A DNA stretch of 43,728 nt from Nemertoderma westbladi (lineage: Eukaryota; Animalia; Xenacoelomorpha). The translations under genes were made by a program, and so were the position numbers. Below the pieces are notes generated by a model that made no database searches, was not told the DNA's origin, and saw only the letters and a list, made by a program, of their open reading frames with translations. Positions within the stretch are counted from its first letter, which is position 1, and each line of letters begins with the position of its first letter. Shown in pieces: positions 1 through 11,922 of the stretch. The DNA lies in assembly GCA_032718475.1 (NCBI GenBank), contig JAUCBJ010003180.1:1-43728 (forward strand). The letters are read 5' to 3'.

Positions 1-120
1 TATTTTATGTAAATTTCATACTGCTTTATGAATTTGGAGGGGGGGGGGGGGTGTTCATATGAACCCCCCCCCCCCCGGGACTAATGGGGTAGGAAAATAT
101 GCCGGGACTGAGAGGGTTAA
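1..120. repeat. Probable terminus of a piggyBac-type MITE (partner end outside the window)
   Basis: Ends in AGGG-TTAA (113-120), the piggyBac-style CCC...GGG/TTAA end, preceded by a G-run/GTTCATATGAAC/C-run palindrome at about 40-76. A similar end (C-run...ATAGGG-TTAA) occurs at about 829-870. Confidence 0.3.
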
Positions 121-827
121 AGAGCAACACGACCGAATACAGCCGAACATACTCCAAAAACTGACGAACAAAATCGTACAGTCGAAAAATAATAGAGTTA
201 TTAATGTTCAAAATTGGACACTACAGAAAAAAGAGCGACAGAACGACAGGTTCATTAATGGGACCCATAAGCTAAGGCTCACCTTACTTCGTGGCTCGCC
301 CCACATAACTTACGGTTGACAGTAGCGCTGGTCCCAGATTGCATTCGTGTTGGTTCTTGAGATTGTGATGCGCCCGCGATCCCGGGGACAGTTTCCCCAC
401 CGCTGGATGAAATCGCGGGACTTTTGGAGACGTAAAGTTTGGAAGCATATAACTTTGTGTGGTGTGATGATATTACTTTAAAGTAAAAAGTTTTAGATAC
501 AACATTTATTCCTCTATTCAAATATGCCACACACTAATGCTGAAATATAATATTTATATACTATAATTATGTTTAAATTGATTTTAAATTGATATTAAAT
601 TGATTGAATTTTAAATTTCCCTCCTACAATAGTTCAGCAATAATATGACAGTTTCAGAGACAGGTCAGTTTACAAGTCATTTTCATGGTCATAAATAATA
701 ATATGAAAATTAATTTTTGTTTTAAGATAAAGAATAATAAATTTTAGGAAAAGTAACGGAATTTCACTTGCAATAAATGTGGTTTGGCTTTGAACCAAGC
801 AATCAAATAAAGTGCGTCTCCAAAAGT

Positions 828-858
<31 letters not shown>

Positions 859-2027
859 GGATAGGGTTAAGGTGTGCTACAAGAAAAGGCCATAGCAACC
901 AGCAAGTTGGATGGCAGTCTGTTAGAAAGACCGGTAAGAGTAGGCCTACACCAATAATAAAATTGTACCTACCGCTAATCTGTTCCGGTAATCTGGTAAT
1001 CCAATAATTGTATAATAGTAAATTTTTCTAGTCATTCAGCCATTGTTTAGGCCTATTGAGACTCTACAACGTTTATTGTCTGATTGTTAATACAGTAATA
1101 AGGTGAGTTTTATATTTTACATTTTTACATATTCTGCATTACATAACGTACCTTTGCAGCTAATTGCCTAGCGTGAGTACCGGTAAGTTGTATTCCAGTA
1201 TTCGTTCCCGTTCATATGATTGGCTACTTTTAATTAGCACATACCGGTATCAGGTATGGTTTAAGTGTGGTAAGTCATCAGAAACGGAACAGGCAATGTC
1301 AGTACACGACATGCACGTCGCCAATATAACGGTAACCCGATCCAATGAGGAGTCTCTTCAGCTGAGGTATGTCCCAAGGGACAATGTCCAGAACGAAGTC
1401 CTTTCGGTTCAACCATGATCCGTAATTGTCCCTCGTCGCCCCCCCCCCCCCCCCCCCTTACTTTTTTTTTTTACTTATTCGTTAGTTAGATACGTTAGTT
1501 AGATACATACAATTTTTTAGAAAAATTAAAAATTATAAATAAGTAAAAGTAAGTAATAAATTAACAGGGCAATACTAATACTGCCAAATGTACTTATCCG
1601 CACGTCGAAATTCCCACCTTGCTGGGATTTCTGTATATTTTCCACCGTGCTCCATAGCCCTATTGGTTCAAATGATTAACAGGAATATTCGTAATTGAAT
1701 TATTAATCTGAATATATTTAAAATATATAAAAAACTACCAGTAACCAAACGAAAATTACTCACTTTAAATTACTATTTTATATGTTATTAACCCTTAGTA
1801 GTAAAATCTGAAACGCTGATTACATTTTTATAGCCCAAAATAAACTGCGGAGTTGCGGGCCATTTATTTTATTAAATATTTTTATCATTGATAGGTAATA
1901 AGACTTTTTGGATTGCATGTTTTTATGCTATATGGTACTTATATTTTTTGCTCCATATACTTAATACATTAGGCCCTATAATTCTTATATGCAATACTTA
2001 TATGCACTACTTATGTAGCACTTTTAT

Positions 2028-2324
2028 GCCCACTTTGAAAAGCTCCTCAGTAATGACAGGGTATTGCCTGATAAGTTTATAGAAGTAAAAGTGTCTGAGT
2101 CTGTACTCCCAGATATTCCCATTGGCGATATCTCCTTTGCAGAAGTGAAGGCTGCTGCAAAGAGCATTAAGACCAATTGTGCCAGTGGAGTAGATGGTAA
2201 TCCCCCTGAGGTCTTTAAAATACCTGAGTGTTTAAAGCTCATCTATCCCATCATAGTAGACATGTACCGAACAACAAGGGTCCCACAAGAAATAAAAACA
2301 AATAAGTTGGTGCCAGTTCCCAAG
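2028..2324 (+). mobile_element. RTE-clade LINE fragment (linker/RT N-terminus), left half, interrupted by PA EVE
   Basis: Translates ...AAKSIKTNCASGVDGNPPEVFK...NKLVPVPK. It is near-identical to the minus-strand RTE sequence at about 18350-19010. Confidence 0.85.
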
Positions 2325-4476
2325 TAAAACACAACATATCTCTCGAATGGAGATTTATTTACTAGTAAATAACACAAATACTATTACAGTTTTAAATCGT
2401 TGGAACGATATCGTTAATCTGTGGTAGCAGAGATTTGTTGTATTGATCAGCGAGATAGAGAACCATTGGGTTCTGTATTATGGATTCGCTACATTTAGCC
2501 TCGGATCTCTCCCCTGGCAGCTGTACAACCAATCTCCCGTTGATGGTGGCACAGCCCATGATGTAAATCCTACGAAAATTTGCTAAAAAGCCCTCCAACT
2601 CATTATTGTTACACACAGCCTCAAAATATTTTCGGTGTGAATTAGTTTAGCGATGCCCTCTAACTTAGTTAGGGTACTAGGTAGATACTCTGCCCAATTT
2701 GTTATACCATCGGATTCGATTAGCTGCATGGCAAGGCAAAAGAGTGGATAATACTCGCAGTTTGTATACGGATTCTAGACAGACCACGATTATGTCTGAC
2801 TTTAACAGGCCATATCCCCAGTCAATAACAAATAACTGATATATCAGCCCTCACGCCATCTTCCGGCTCCTTGTAATGGAATATCGTACAATCGTGGTAA
2901 ACCTCTTTGGCTTTTATAGCAGCAGAACGACTAACCATCTGAAACACAACAAGGGGTAATTTCGCTGAGTCACTTGTTAAATGTGCTGGGCACTTTATTA
3001 CGGCCCCATGGAGCATTTGGGTACTCTCGGTTCCCACACCTTCAGCAGTAATTATAGGCAATACCACAACCCCATCATTTTGGTTGTACATGTATGAGGC
3101 GACTGGGCGTAACATCGCCTCATACATGCTTATGAACTCGTCCCCTATGCTTGGGCTAAATGTCGAAAGTATTTGGTCGCTTATATTAATGGCCTCATCA
3201 TCAACAGTATTGTACGATTTACGTCCTATAGACGGGGGTGTCCCTTCGGGATTGGCGCAGCCGAGATAGGATACAAATTCCTCTATTATAGGGTCAGCTT
3301 TAGCTGACGGTATTGTGAAATTATGAAGCGTCATCCCCTCGTCGATGAAGACTCGCTTTCTAGATTCTTTTGCGCGTCCGACGCCAAATAATTTCTTCTC
3401 TGCTCTAGACAGTAGATCGTTCGACCTTCTTGGCTCTTTAATGTTGTTCACCCAATAAGGTAAATACCTTCGTACAGTATCCAGATTAGGAACTAGACGC
3501 GATAATAGATTCTCACAAGCCTTTATGTTTGTTGTGTTGGTCTTTAAGGGTGCCTTCTTCATTCCGAGTGGGAACATTGTCTTCCATTTAATTTGACACC
3601 CCTCATTAAGCGGGGTTTTATTGGCATGCGTTAATAGATCGAAAGATTTCCTAGGAGTGTACATACTTTGGAGTGCAATTCGAAGATATTCATTCTTCAG
3701 ATCCATCCTCTTAGCCAGGCACCTTGGGGTCTCCTTGGTTGGGTCTACGGTCTGTTGTTTAGTAGTGGTAGCACTTCTTTAGGCATCTCAAGAACCTGCG
3801 GGACCTCATTGGCCCGGGCTGTAATACGTATCCGTGCACAGTCATAGTCTGACAGCTGCAGTTTGATTTTAATGAGTGCATCCTTGATATATGAGATCTG
3901 CTGGTTGTTTAACGAGTCCACATCGCCGGCCCATAATTTCCGGCTTAAAGAAATCGACAGCTATTATAGCAGTGATGTTCCTCACGCCTTTAACTATCAA
4001 TGTCTCTAGTTTTTGGTTGTAGGACCGTGTTGAATTCTCCACATAGGATATTGCCACCTCTATCAATTGTGGCTCGACCTCCAATTGTGCAAGAACTTTG
4101 TTCCTATTGTATTCCGTCCCATTGTCGATGAGCCCCTTTTTGATCAAATCAGGCATGTAATCCATTAGTCTTTCTTCCCATCCCGGAGGAGTATATAGCC
4201 GACGCGTTGAAATAGATGTCCCTCTGTCAAGACCTTCTAACACAACATATTCATTGACTATATGTCCTTTCTCCAGACTACCTTTTATCGTAAAAGAGTC
4301 ATGTATTTGAGAGCACACTATGTAATGAACGCACCACATCCACTTCATAAGGGACTGCTGCTCCTCGTTCCCCCTAAACCACCCTGGTCGGGTGGTGTCC
4401 GGAATTAGTGTAAGAATGCCAGCAGGTAAGGTGCTGAGTAGTTTAGATATGTTTTAATTAACCTCTTGCTATTGCT
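2325..4476 (-). pseudogene. PA: Endogenous orthomyxovirus-like PA (polymerase acidic) segment, copy 1, near full length, decayed
   Basis: ORFs 3869-4348, 2822-3706 and 2392-2616 are consecutive pieces. Endonuclease motifs WCVH / VLEGLDR / YMPDL / IEVAIS / YNQK match influenza H41, IIEGRDR (E80), FLPDL (D108), FIEIGV (E119) and K134. HGAVIKCPAHLTSD resembles YGFIIKGRSHLRND. The C-terminal ELEGFLANFRR...ESIIQNPMVLYLADQYN resembles QLEGFSAESRK...ECLINDPWVLLNASWFN. The start codon is mutated to ATA (4448-4450), with frameshifts near 3930, 3760 and 2620-2830. Confidence 0.9.
4460..4476 (-). promoter_or_regulatory. Viral segment terminus (cRNA/mRNA 5' end, promoter arm) of PA copy 1
   Basis: AGCAATAGCAAGAGGTT begins 26 nt upstream of the former start codon. 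It is identical in copy 2 (37196-37212), where homology stops at the same base, and it resembles influenza AGCRAAAGCAGG / AGCAGAAGCAGAG. Confidence 0.8.
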
Positions 4477-4491
4477 GGGTAATTAATTATG

Positions 4492-4774
4492 CCCAAGAAG
4501 GGCAACCTAACACTATATGGTTCTTTTCGGGGAATCTCATTGATCTCGATTGCTGCAAAGCTATACAATAGGATTCTATTAAATCGCATCAGGGATCCCA
4601 TTGAGAGACTGCTCCGTGGAAATTAGAATGGGTTCCGTAAAGGTCGTGGGACCATGGAGCCCATTTTGGCACTTAGAAGGATAATTGAAGAATTGTCAAA
4701 AAAGAAAGACAGGCATCTGGCTGTTATCTTTGTTTTTGGCACTTAGAAGGATAATTGAAGAATTGTCAAAAAAG
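4492..4774 (+). mobile_element. RTE-clade LINE fragment, right half (RT start), with terminal 41-bp duplication
   Basis: PKKGNLTLYGSFRGISLISIAAKLYNRILLNRIRDPIERLLRGN*NGFRKGRGTMEPILALRRIIEE continues the 2028-2324 piece. Bases 4664-4704 are repeated at 4734-4774. Confidence 0.85.
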
Positions 4775-5300
4775 TATTACACATATTAAACAAATATTCA
4801 GATTTAGCTTTTTTTATTTCCCGTTGGACAAGGTTTCTATATTTGCAGTAATTATTATAATCAGCTAAAACACGGTATTTCCTAAATTTATACAAAGAGT
4901 TATCTGTTTTTCTGTATATTACTAAGAATACCCGAGGTCATCCAGGGCTCAGTGCATTGTTTAAGACTAATTTCTTTAATTGGTGCTACAGTATTAAGTG
5001 CCTTTAGAAATATATCTTTAAAAACAGTGTATGCAAGGTTAATGTCAGCGGCTTTAAAACAGGGTTCCCAGTCAGAATTAACTAACAAACTTAAAAAGCG
5101 TTCCTTGCTGTAATTTTTCATAGACCTAACTGTTACTGTTTTATGATCCCCGAAAAAAGATTTTTGTGTCTTTCTTGTGCAGAAAACTATAAAATGATCG
5201 CTTAGACCTAAAACCCCCGATTGAGAAATAATATCGGTATTATTACAAAGGATGTGATCTAGTAAAGTAGAAGTTTCACTGGTAATTCTGGTAGAATCTC
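4775..5300 (-). mobile_element. CR1/L2-group LINE fragment (end of AP endonuclease plus linker)
   Basis: TRITSETSTLLDHILCN...GLSDHFIVFCTRK...NYSKERFLSLL..DW...ALNTVAPIK...PWMTSGIL. Confidence 0.75.
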
Positions 5301-5329
5301 GTAGGTATATCTAGTCTATTTAGACTCTC

Positions 5330-5545
5330 CAATACAGTACATAGATACAGTACTCGTTCAACTAACTACAAGTAACAAATATTTCATTCCTAGATTCAAT
5401 ACAGCTAGGGGCCAATTTTCGATACAATACCAGGGCCCTGTAATTTGGAATGAAATTCCAAACGATATATGCATCTTTCCTAAGAAATATCAATTCAACC
5501 GAGCTTTGAAATCGTGGCTACTATCAGAACATTACATAATTAACA
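5330..5545 (+). mobile_element. 3' end of ORF2 of an L2/Crack-like LINE
   Basis: HRYSTRS...IPRFNTARGQFS..YQGPVIWNEIP...FNRALKSWLL, the typical CR1-group ORF2 C-terminus, frameshifted. Confidence 0.6.
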
Positions 5546-6389
5546 TTGAAAATTTGCCTTCTATCATTCTATTCTCTTAATCACTGCTATGGACATCTTT
5601 CATTCTCAAAATTTTTCTATATAGGTCTATATAGGATCTATATCGGTACAAATGACTAATCTACTGTAATAACTAAATAAACAGGTGTTTTGTTTCATCA
5701 CTAGTCTTAATAACCCCTAATCATCACTCACTGCTCCTGTAGCGCTGTAGTTGTGTTTGCATGATCGATTATAACAGTAAGCTATAGATAGATTATAGAC
5801 CCTAGATATATAAACAAATCAACTATATATTATTATTACGGTATCACAATCACCATGGCATATTGTGTGATTATATTCACAACTGATCCGGATCATCATA
5901 TTAATGTCGAATATACTGGGGTTGTTTGCACTACGTGGCTGCAGCCAGGTCATAAAACTGTGGCTTACCCTGATTCAATCAGAGAAGTAATAGGAGTTTT
6001 TAATGATCTGATGTCTAAGCCGTTTTCAGATTTGAAATCCGCATTATTTTAAATTATACTCTAGATGCAATAAAATACAAATTTCTTAAATTTTTAGCGA
6101 GGGGGGTTACCCCCCCCCCCCCCCCCCCCCCCCTTAATATATAACAAATAAGTGAATTCATTTTTTAAACAAAAAAATATGATCACTTCAATCAGTCAAA
6201 TGTACTATACATATTTGCACATAAAATATAAAGCACTCTATCTATTATATTTAGATGAGTTCCCTAAGGACAGAAATATAATTGTCCTTTGTTTTAGCTA
6301 ATTTTATTAACTCAGTAAATTTCGTATGTAATGGCTCATGTAAGTCTTCCATGAGCTCCTTAATCCTCAACGATAATTCCGCTTTTGCT

Positions 6390-6866
6390 TCGTTACATAC
6401 TGTAACCACAGTAACCACTTTCTGACCAACTCGAGATACTGTTTCAACATTATTTGGGTCCATGGGAAAGCCGGAATCATCTCAGAAGTTCCAACAATTA
6501 GCAGGTTTATCTTTCAGATCAGTTGTATGAAAAATATTTTCAAGTTTATCGTAAAAATCATTGATGATGAAAGGGTTTTTTATTGCACTGACTCTCCCTG
6601 CTTGCATTGTTTTAGTTTTTTACTGCTTAGTTTATTCCGTGCCATGAACAATTGTAGCCAATCCCTTCCAGGACACCATATAGTAGAGGTGCCATGCTTA
6701 TAAATTTTCCCATTCCAAGCATACAGTAAGTTTCAACAATCCCGTGAATTTGCTTTTTTATCAGGGCAAAGCCCATTGCAGCCATGCTTTCCATACAGTT
6801 TGCTAAATCTGATTCCTGGGCATCACTTAATATTGAATGTCTTCCTTGGCTTCCTATAATACGCAA
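6390..6866 (-). pseudogene. pogo/Tigger-like transposase fragment (CENP-B HTH to first catalytic Asp)
   Basis: GRHSILSDAQESDLANCMESMAAMGF, then PGRDW..FMARNKLS, DFYDKLENI and WN.DDSGFPMDP across frameshifts. Confidence 0.7.
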
Positions 6867-7096
6867 TATAATAAAATAAATAACTCTACTAACTAATGCT
6901 AACTAGCGGTACCACGTACCCTCTTACTACTCTAACTCTACTAACTAACAGTACTACATACCCTCTTACTGCTCTAATTCCACTAACCAACACTAACTGG
7001 CGGTACCATGTACCTCCTAACTAACTAACTTACTAACTCTAATTATTTTTTTTATTTTGTTTAATTTTATGTGTGGGAAGGGCGTCTCGCCCTCAA

Positions 7097-9372
7097 TCCC
7101 ACCCCCCTCAGTCCAAAACTTGGACGACTAAATGCTACTAAACACCACACTAAATCAAGGTGCCCCCTCTAGCAGACAGCATTTCCCTACAGCTCTCCTG
7201 TAGGTTTTCCTGTCTTTCGCACCTATCTTGCCACCTATACGCACTTCTACCGATCGGACTCTTCCGTCCTCATCGGAGAAGTGCCCATAACTCTCGCCAA
7301 CCGCCATTGGTTGTTGATGATGGTATCATCCGTGATGATCACGAGATCCCACTCTCTTAACTCTCTGTTCGTGTTCCTCCACTTGCTTCTTCTATGAAGC
7401 GTGGGTAGGTATTCCTCAACCCACCTCCTCCAATACTCTGCGCTTATCGCCTTAGCGACTTTCCAACTCTGGCGGGAGTGTATGTCATCTGGGTCTACAC
7501 CCCGCATATCGATGGTCGCTGGCCTTTCCATTAGAAAATGGCTGGGCGTCAGCACATCTAGTGACTCAGGGTCATCATTCTCCGGATATAGCGGTCTGCT
7601 ATTAATGATACCCTCACACTTCGCAAGTACTGTTCTCAGGACGTCCTCCATAACCATATGGGTGTTCATCAACTTCGTCATAAGACGCTTCGAACTACCC
7701 ACGAGTCTCTCAACGCATCCTAGTGTATGCGGTGCATACGGTGTCCTCCTCTCCCACTTTACTTGTCGTCGTCTCATGGCTGCCCTGACTTCCTCCCCTT
7801 CTAAGACGTCCAAGGCCTCTGCCATCTCGTTCTCCGCTCCCACAAAGTTGGTTCCGTTGTCGGAGTATATTACTGCGATCGTCCCACCTTTGCGGTCTCT
7901 GAACCTCTCTAAGGCATTAATGAATGCCGATGCGGTTGCATCTTGGGCGAGTTCTATCCCTACCGCCTGCGTGTTATTGCATACAAAGATGATACTGTAG
8001 CGTTTCTCCGTGTGCCGCATCACCTTGATCTTTATCAGCCTGAACATGTCCACACCGCAATGCGTAAATGGCGGGTCGTGCTGTCTTACCCTACTCGCCG
8101 GTAGTGGTGCCATCTCCTGTATGGCTCGCTCCTTCTTCGCTCGTCGGCAGGTTTGGCACTGCCCCACTACCGCTTTTACCTTCTTCCTCAACTGTTTGAC
8201 CCAAAAGTTCCTCCGTATTTCCGTAAGGGTTCGGTTGGTGCCCCCGTGCAATATCGACTTGTGGGAGTCCCATATAATCTGGTGGACTATTGGCGATCCT
8301 GTGGGAATGATGATGGGTTTCGGTGGTACGACTATGCTGTTGTTGTATCCCACCCTAGAGTTCATTACTAGAATCCCGTCGTCATTAAGTTGTGGCGACA
8401 GCGTGATCAGCTCGCTGTCCCGTCGAAGATGCTGTTGTTTACCGACGCGTTCCACCTCGTTGCCATAGTTCTTCCGTTGTTCATAGCGGATTACTGCTTT
8501 GGCCGCTCCTTCCAGATCTATTGTTGTCCTAATCTTCATGTCTTTGCCAACTCCCCTGAGGAAATTCCCGAAGGCTCTCCAGTACGCCACTAATTTCTTG
8601 GTCTTGTACCAACTAGAGCTGTAGCTGAGGAGTTTATCCGTTGGGTTATCGCACAGTTCTCCTGGTTTTGGTTGCACGTCCCTTATCTCCCTCACCATCT
8701 GGGAGTATATCTCTTCTCCCTCTGAATCTCCTTCTTCATCCTCCAATACTGCTTCTCCTGAGCCCGGGTCCACCTTTCTCATCGGCGGCCAGGCCTCCCT
8801 GTCGCTCAGAAACTGTGGCCCGTGTTGCCACAATACTTCCTTTTTTAAGAAAGTGTGGCATGCCACGCCCCTCGATAACAAGTCCGCTGGATTCTCGTCC
8901 GTTGGGCAGTAGTGCCACCTTTCTAATTCTGTGGTCGCCCTTATTTCGTCCACCCTATTTGCGACGAATATAGGGTATCTCGTCTTCTCATTATGTAACC
9001 AGCCAAGTACTACCGTGGAATCCGTCCATTAGTGTGTCTCCACTATGTTGGGAATAGCGTCCATTAAGTAGGCTGTGGCCCTAACTCCTAGTCTCGCTGC
9101 TGTTAACTCGAGCTTCGGAACCGATGCTGAATCTGGTGGCGTTGACTTCGCCTCGCTGAAGGCAAGTCTGGGTTTGTGAGGCCCCTCTCGTTGTACTAAA
9201 TAGAGTGCCGCTCCGTATGTCTCTAGTGACGCATCGGAGAACATGTGCAGATCCAGATTCGTCATGTCCCCATCCGGGAAATACACTCGTGGCATGCTGT
9301 ATGTTCCCATATGCTCCAAACCTTCTGTCCACTTACACCACTGTTTCCTGATCTCTTCTGGTACCTCTACGT
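7097..9372 (-). mobile_element. BEL/Pao LTR retrotransposon A, 3' part (RNase H, integrase, PPT)
   Basis: RNase H motifs LHMFSDASLETYGA...VPKLELTAA...WTDS...WHYCPTDENPADLLSRG. Integrase motifs H-x3-H GG...CQTC, CGVDMF, IYSDNGTNFVGA, GCVERLV and a GPY/F-type tail ending RRAVGKCCLLEGAP* (stop 7155-7157). A purine tract lies at 7097-7109; sequence to about 6870 may be a partial 3' LTR. Confidence 0.92.
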
Positions 9373-11922
9373 TAGGGAGTGTCAAAAAATTTTTATTTTC
9401 GATAATAAAGTTTTCCTATCAGAAATGGGATGCCAAATTTATTAAAAATAACTACAAAACAAATGAAAACTTTTAATTTTTACATTTGACCCCCGCACGA
9501 GCCAACTTTGTTTCGAACGTTTTTTCGAAAATTTAATTTTTTGGAAATTTTTTTCCTTTGATATTTCAACTTACCCATATTTTATAGCATTCACGGTTTA
9601 TTAGTTATGTGTAAGAAATTATAATTTTCCAATTTCACATATATTCTACCCCCGCACCTAGCCACCAAAGTAGGTAGTCGCTTACTCAACAAATAATAGG
9701 CTTATCTGCAATATTATAATATTAAGCAGGAAATTTGAAACGGAAACGTTTCTGATTTATTCATAAAACGAAATAGTAATGTGCACCGGTAGGCCTATGC
9801 CTTTTCATACTTCACTACTAACTAATGTGCTAGTGTCTTACGTAGAGTAAATTAGATCTGTCAAACTAATTGTTAATAATTATTACTATGCTGCGATCTA
9901 AATCTACTTATGATTTTTTTGGTGTCTCATTAGAATTAAAGGGCTCGGTTTTACCAACCGGATTACAATGTATAAATGTTTCTGCGCGAGCAGAAAGTCA
10001 ATGGGGTCACAAATACAGACGAGGAATGTCGTAGTTGCGCTGCTTCAGTTCTTCAAATTTGGGCAATGGCAGGAATTCCGGCAGTTTCCTCGGTGACTCG
10101 TCTTGGTAGTCGCATCAAGGAACTCTTTGATCGTAGTCGTAAACTTAAAGAAATTCCCGTTTCTCGCAGAACCAATTTGGCGGTCAAACAACAGTTTGCC
10201 AAATATGAAGCGGAATTGTCTAAACTATTGGATGTGGCCGTTTGTAAATGCTATTTTGAAAGTAAATGTCTGTGTAAGCCGAACGACAAAGTCCCTGAAT
10301 GTGAACGAAACTTCTTATTAGATCAACGCGGTCAACGAATAATGATAATTTCCAATGCGGTAGATGTTACTGAATCGAAAATACGAGCGCAAAGGAGGAA
10401 GCGTAATGAATGTTCTATGTCTGGAGTCTCCCATATTAGTTGCGTATCCCTGGGCGATAGTGCTATTTTAGACAGTGGTACAGATAGCGATAATAATGAA
10501 GCAAATTCTGAATTATCCTGTTGCGAAAACTCATTGGAGAAGGTAATATTATACCAACCTACAACATCCACTCCAATTTCTAAAAGACTTCGTCTAACAA
10601 ACGTTGCAGAAATCTCTGATAGGTATAATCTTAGTAATCGCGCTGCTGCTGCAGTTTACAATTCAGCAATATGTGACTCCGGGTCATCGGCAGATATTGT
10701 TGATCATAATAAGATCAGAAGAGAGAGGCAGAAACTTAGACAAAATCTACAAATCGGATGCGGTTTAATTCAGCCCATTGGCTTGTATTTTGATGGACGT
10801 AAAGACCCCACCTTAACTGATGGAGGGCGGCAGATAATTAAAGAAGGGCATTTCGTGCTTGTTGGGGAACCTGGCTCTGCCTATTTAGGCCACGTGGCTC
10901 CAGCGACAGGAGCATCAGCTGATGTTACTTCTGCTATAATGGACTTCATCGATTCTAGGTTGGTAAGTTGTTGATATACTAATGTACCAGTATATATACT
11001 ATGTAGTAAATAAATATTGTAAATAAATAAATAAATATGTTGGTATGTTGGTGATATACGAATGTATGCTGTAGTAAATAAATATTGTATATAAATAAAT
11101 AAAAAAGTAAATACGAAATTAAAATTCGGAATGTAGGCTACTTTTAAAGTTTTAATCTAAAATCTAGAAACGTATAAATATATAAATAATTATATAAGTC
11201 AGTGTAAATGTGAAATGAAAATATGGACGTCGGACGTTACAAATGTATGTATATACTGGTTGGTACTTACTGAAATAATAAACGTACCTATAGAGGCCTA
11301 TAATGTATAGGCCTATAATAGGCGTATATATTTAGGCGCATTAAACTCAAACTGAAATGAACTACCGAAAAATCTAAATACAGTAGGCAATAGGAAAAGT
11401 TATGTAGAGGTATAACGGTATTTATTATTTAAAAATTATTGTTTACATTGATTTTTTTCAGTTGGATGCGATAGCACCAGCGTTAATACTGGCTGGAAAA
11501 ACGGAATAATTGTGAACCTCGAACGGAAACTAGAAACACCACTTCAACATGCGATATGCCTCCTTCACATCAACGAGCTTCCACTTCGACATCTGATAAT
11601 AGAACTTGACGGTACTACAACAGGAAGCAACACATTTTCGGGTCCAGTTGGGAAACTCCTTCATAATTGTCACAAATTTAGCCCTGTTATATTTGAGCCT
11701 ATTATCAATAATAATTTTCCCGAACTTGAACAGTCTGTTTCTTCCAAACTTTCGAGTGATCAGCGATATTTATTTGATATCTGCAATGCAGTAATATCTG
11801 GAGAACTATGTGAATCAACCGCCAATAAAACTCCAGGACCTATCAGTCACTAGGACTGCGTCAAGAATCCTTCGGCTTTATGTATCTACTGAAGATCCAT
11901 CTGATGTACTTTCCCGTCTTTC

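Noticed and set aside
2323-2340. AGTAAAACACAAC as the vRNA 5' terminus of the PA segment
   Set aside because: It superficially resembles AGUAGAAACAAGG, but it cannot pair with the other end (expected ...CAAGAGG), has no oligo-U polyadenylation tract, and its first AG belongs to the TSD.
5855-6052. Short ORF resembling the N-terminus of transposon accessory proteins
   Set aside because: It is too short and the similarity too vague to support a call.
7401-8973. Plus-strand ORFs opposite the BEL integrase (likewise 15367-17830, 34746-35506 and 36035-36364)
   Set aside because: These are antisense shadows of real minus-strand coding sequence with no recognisable motifs.
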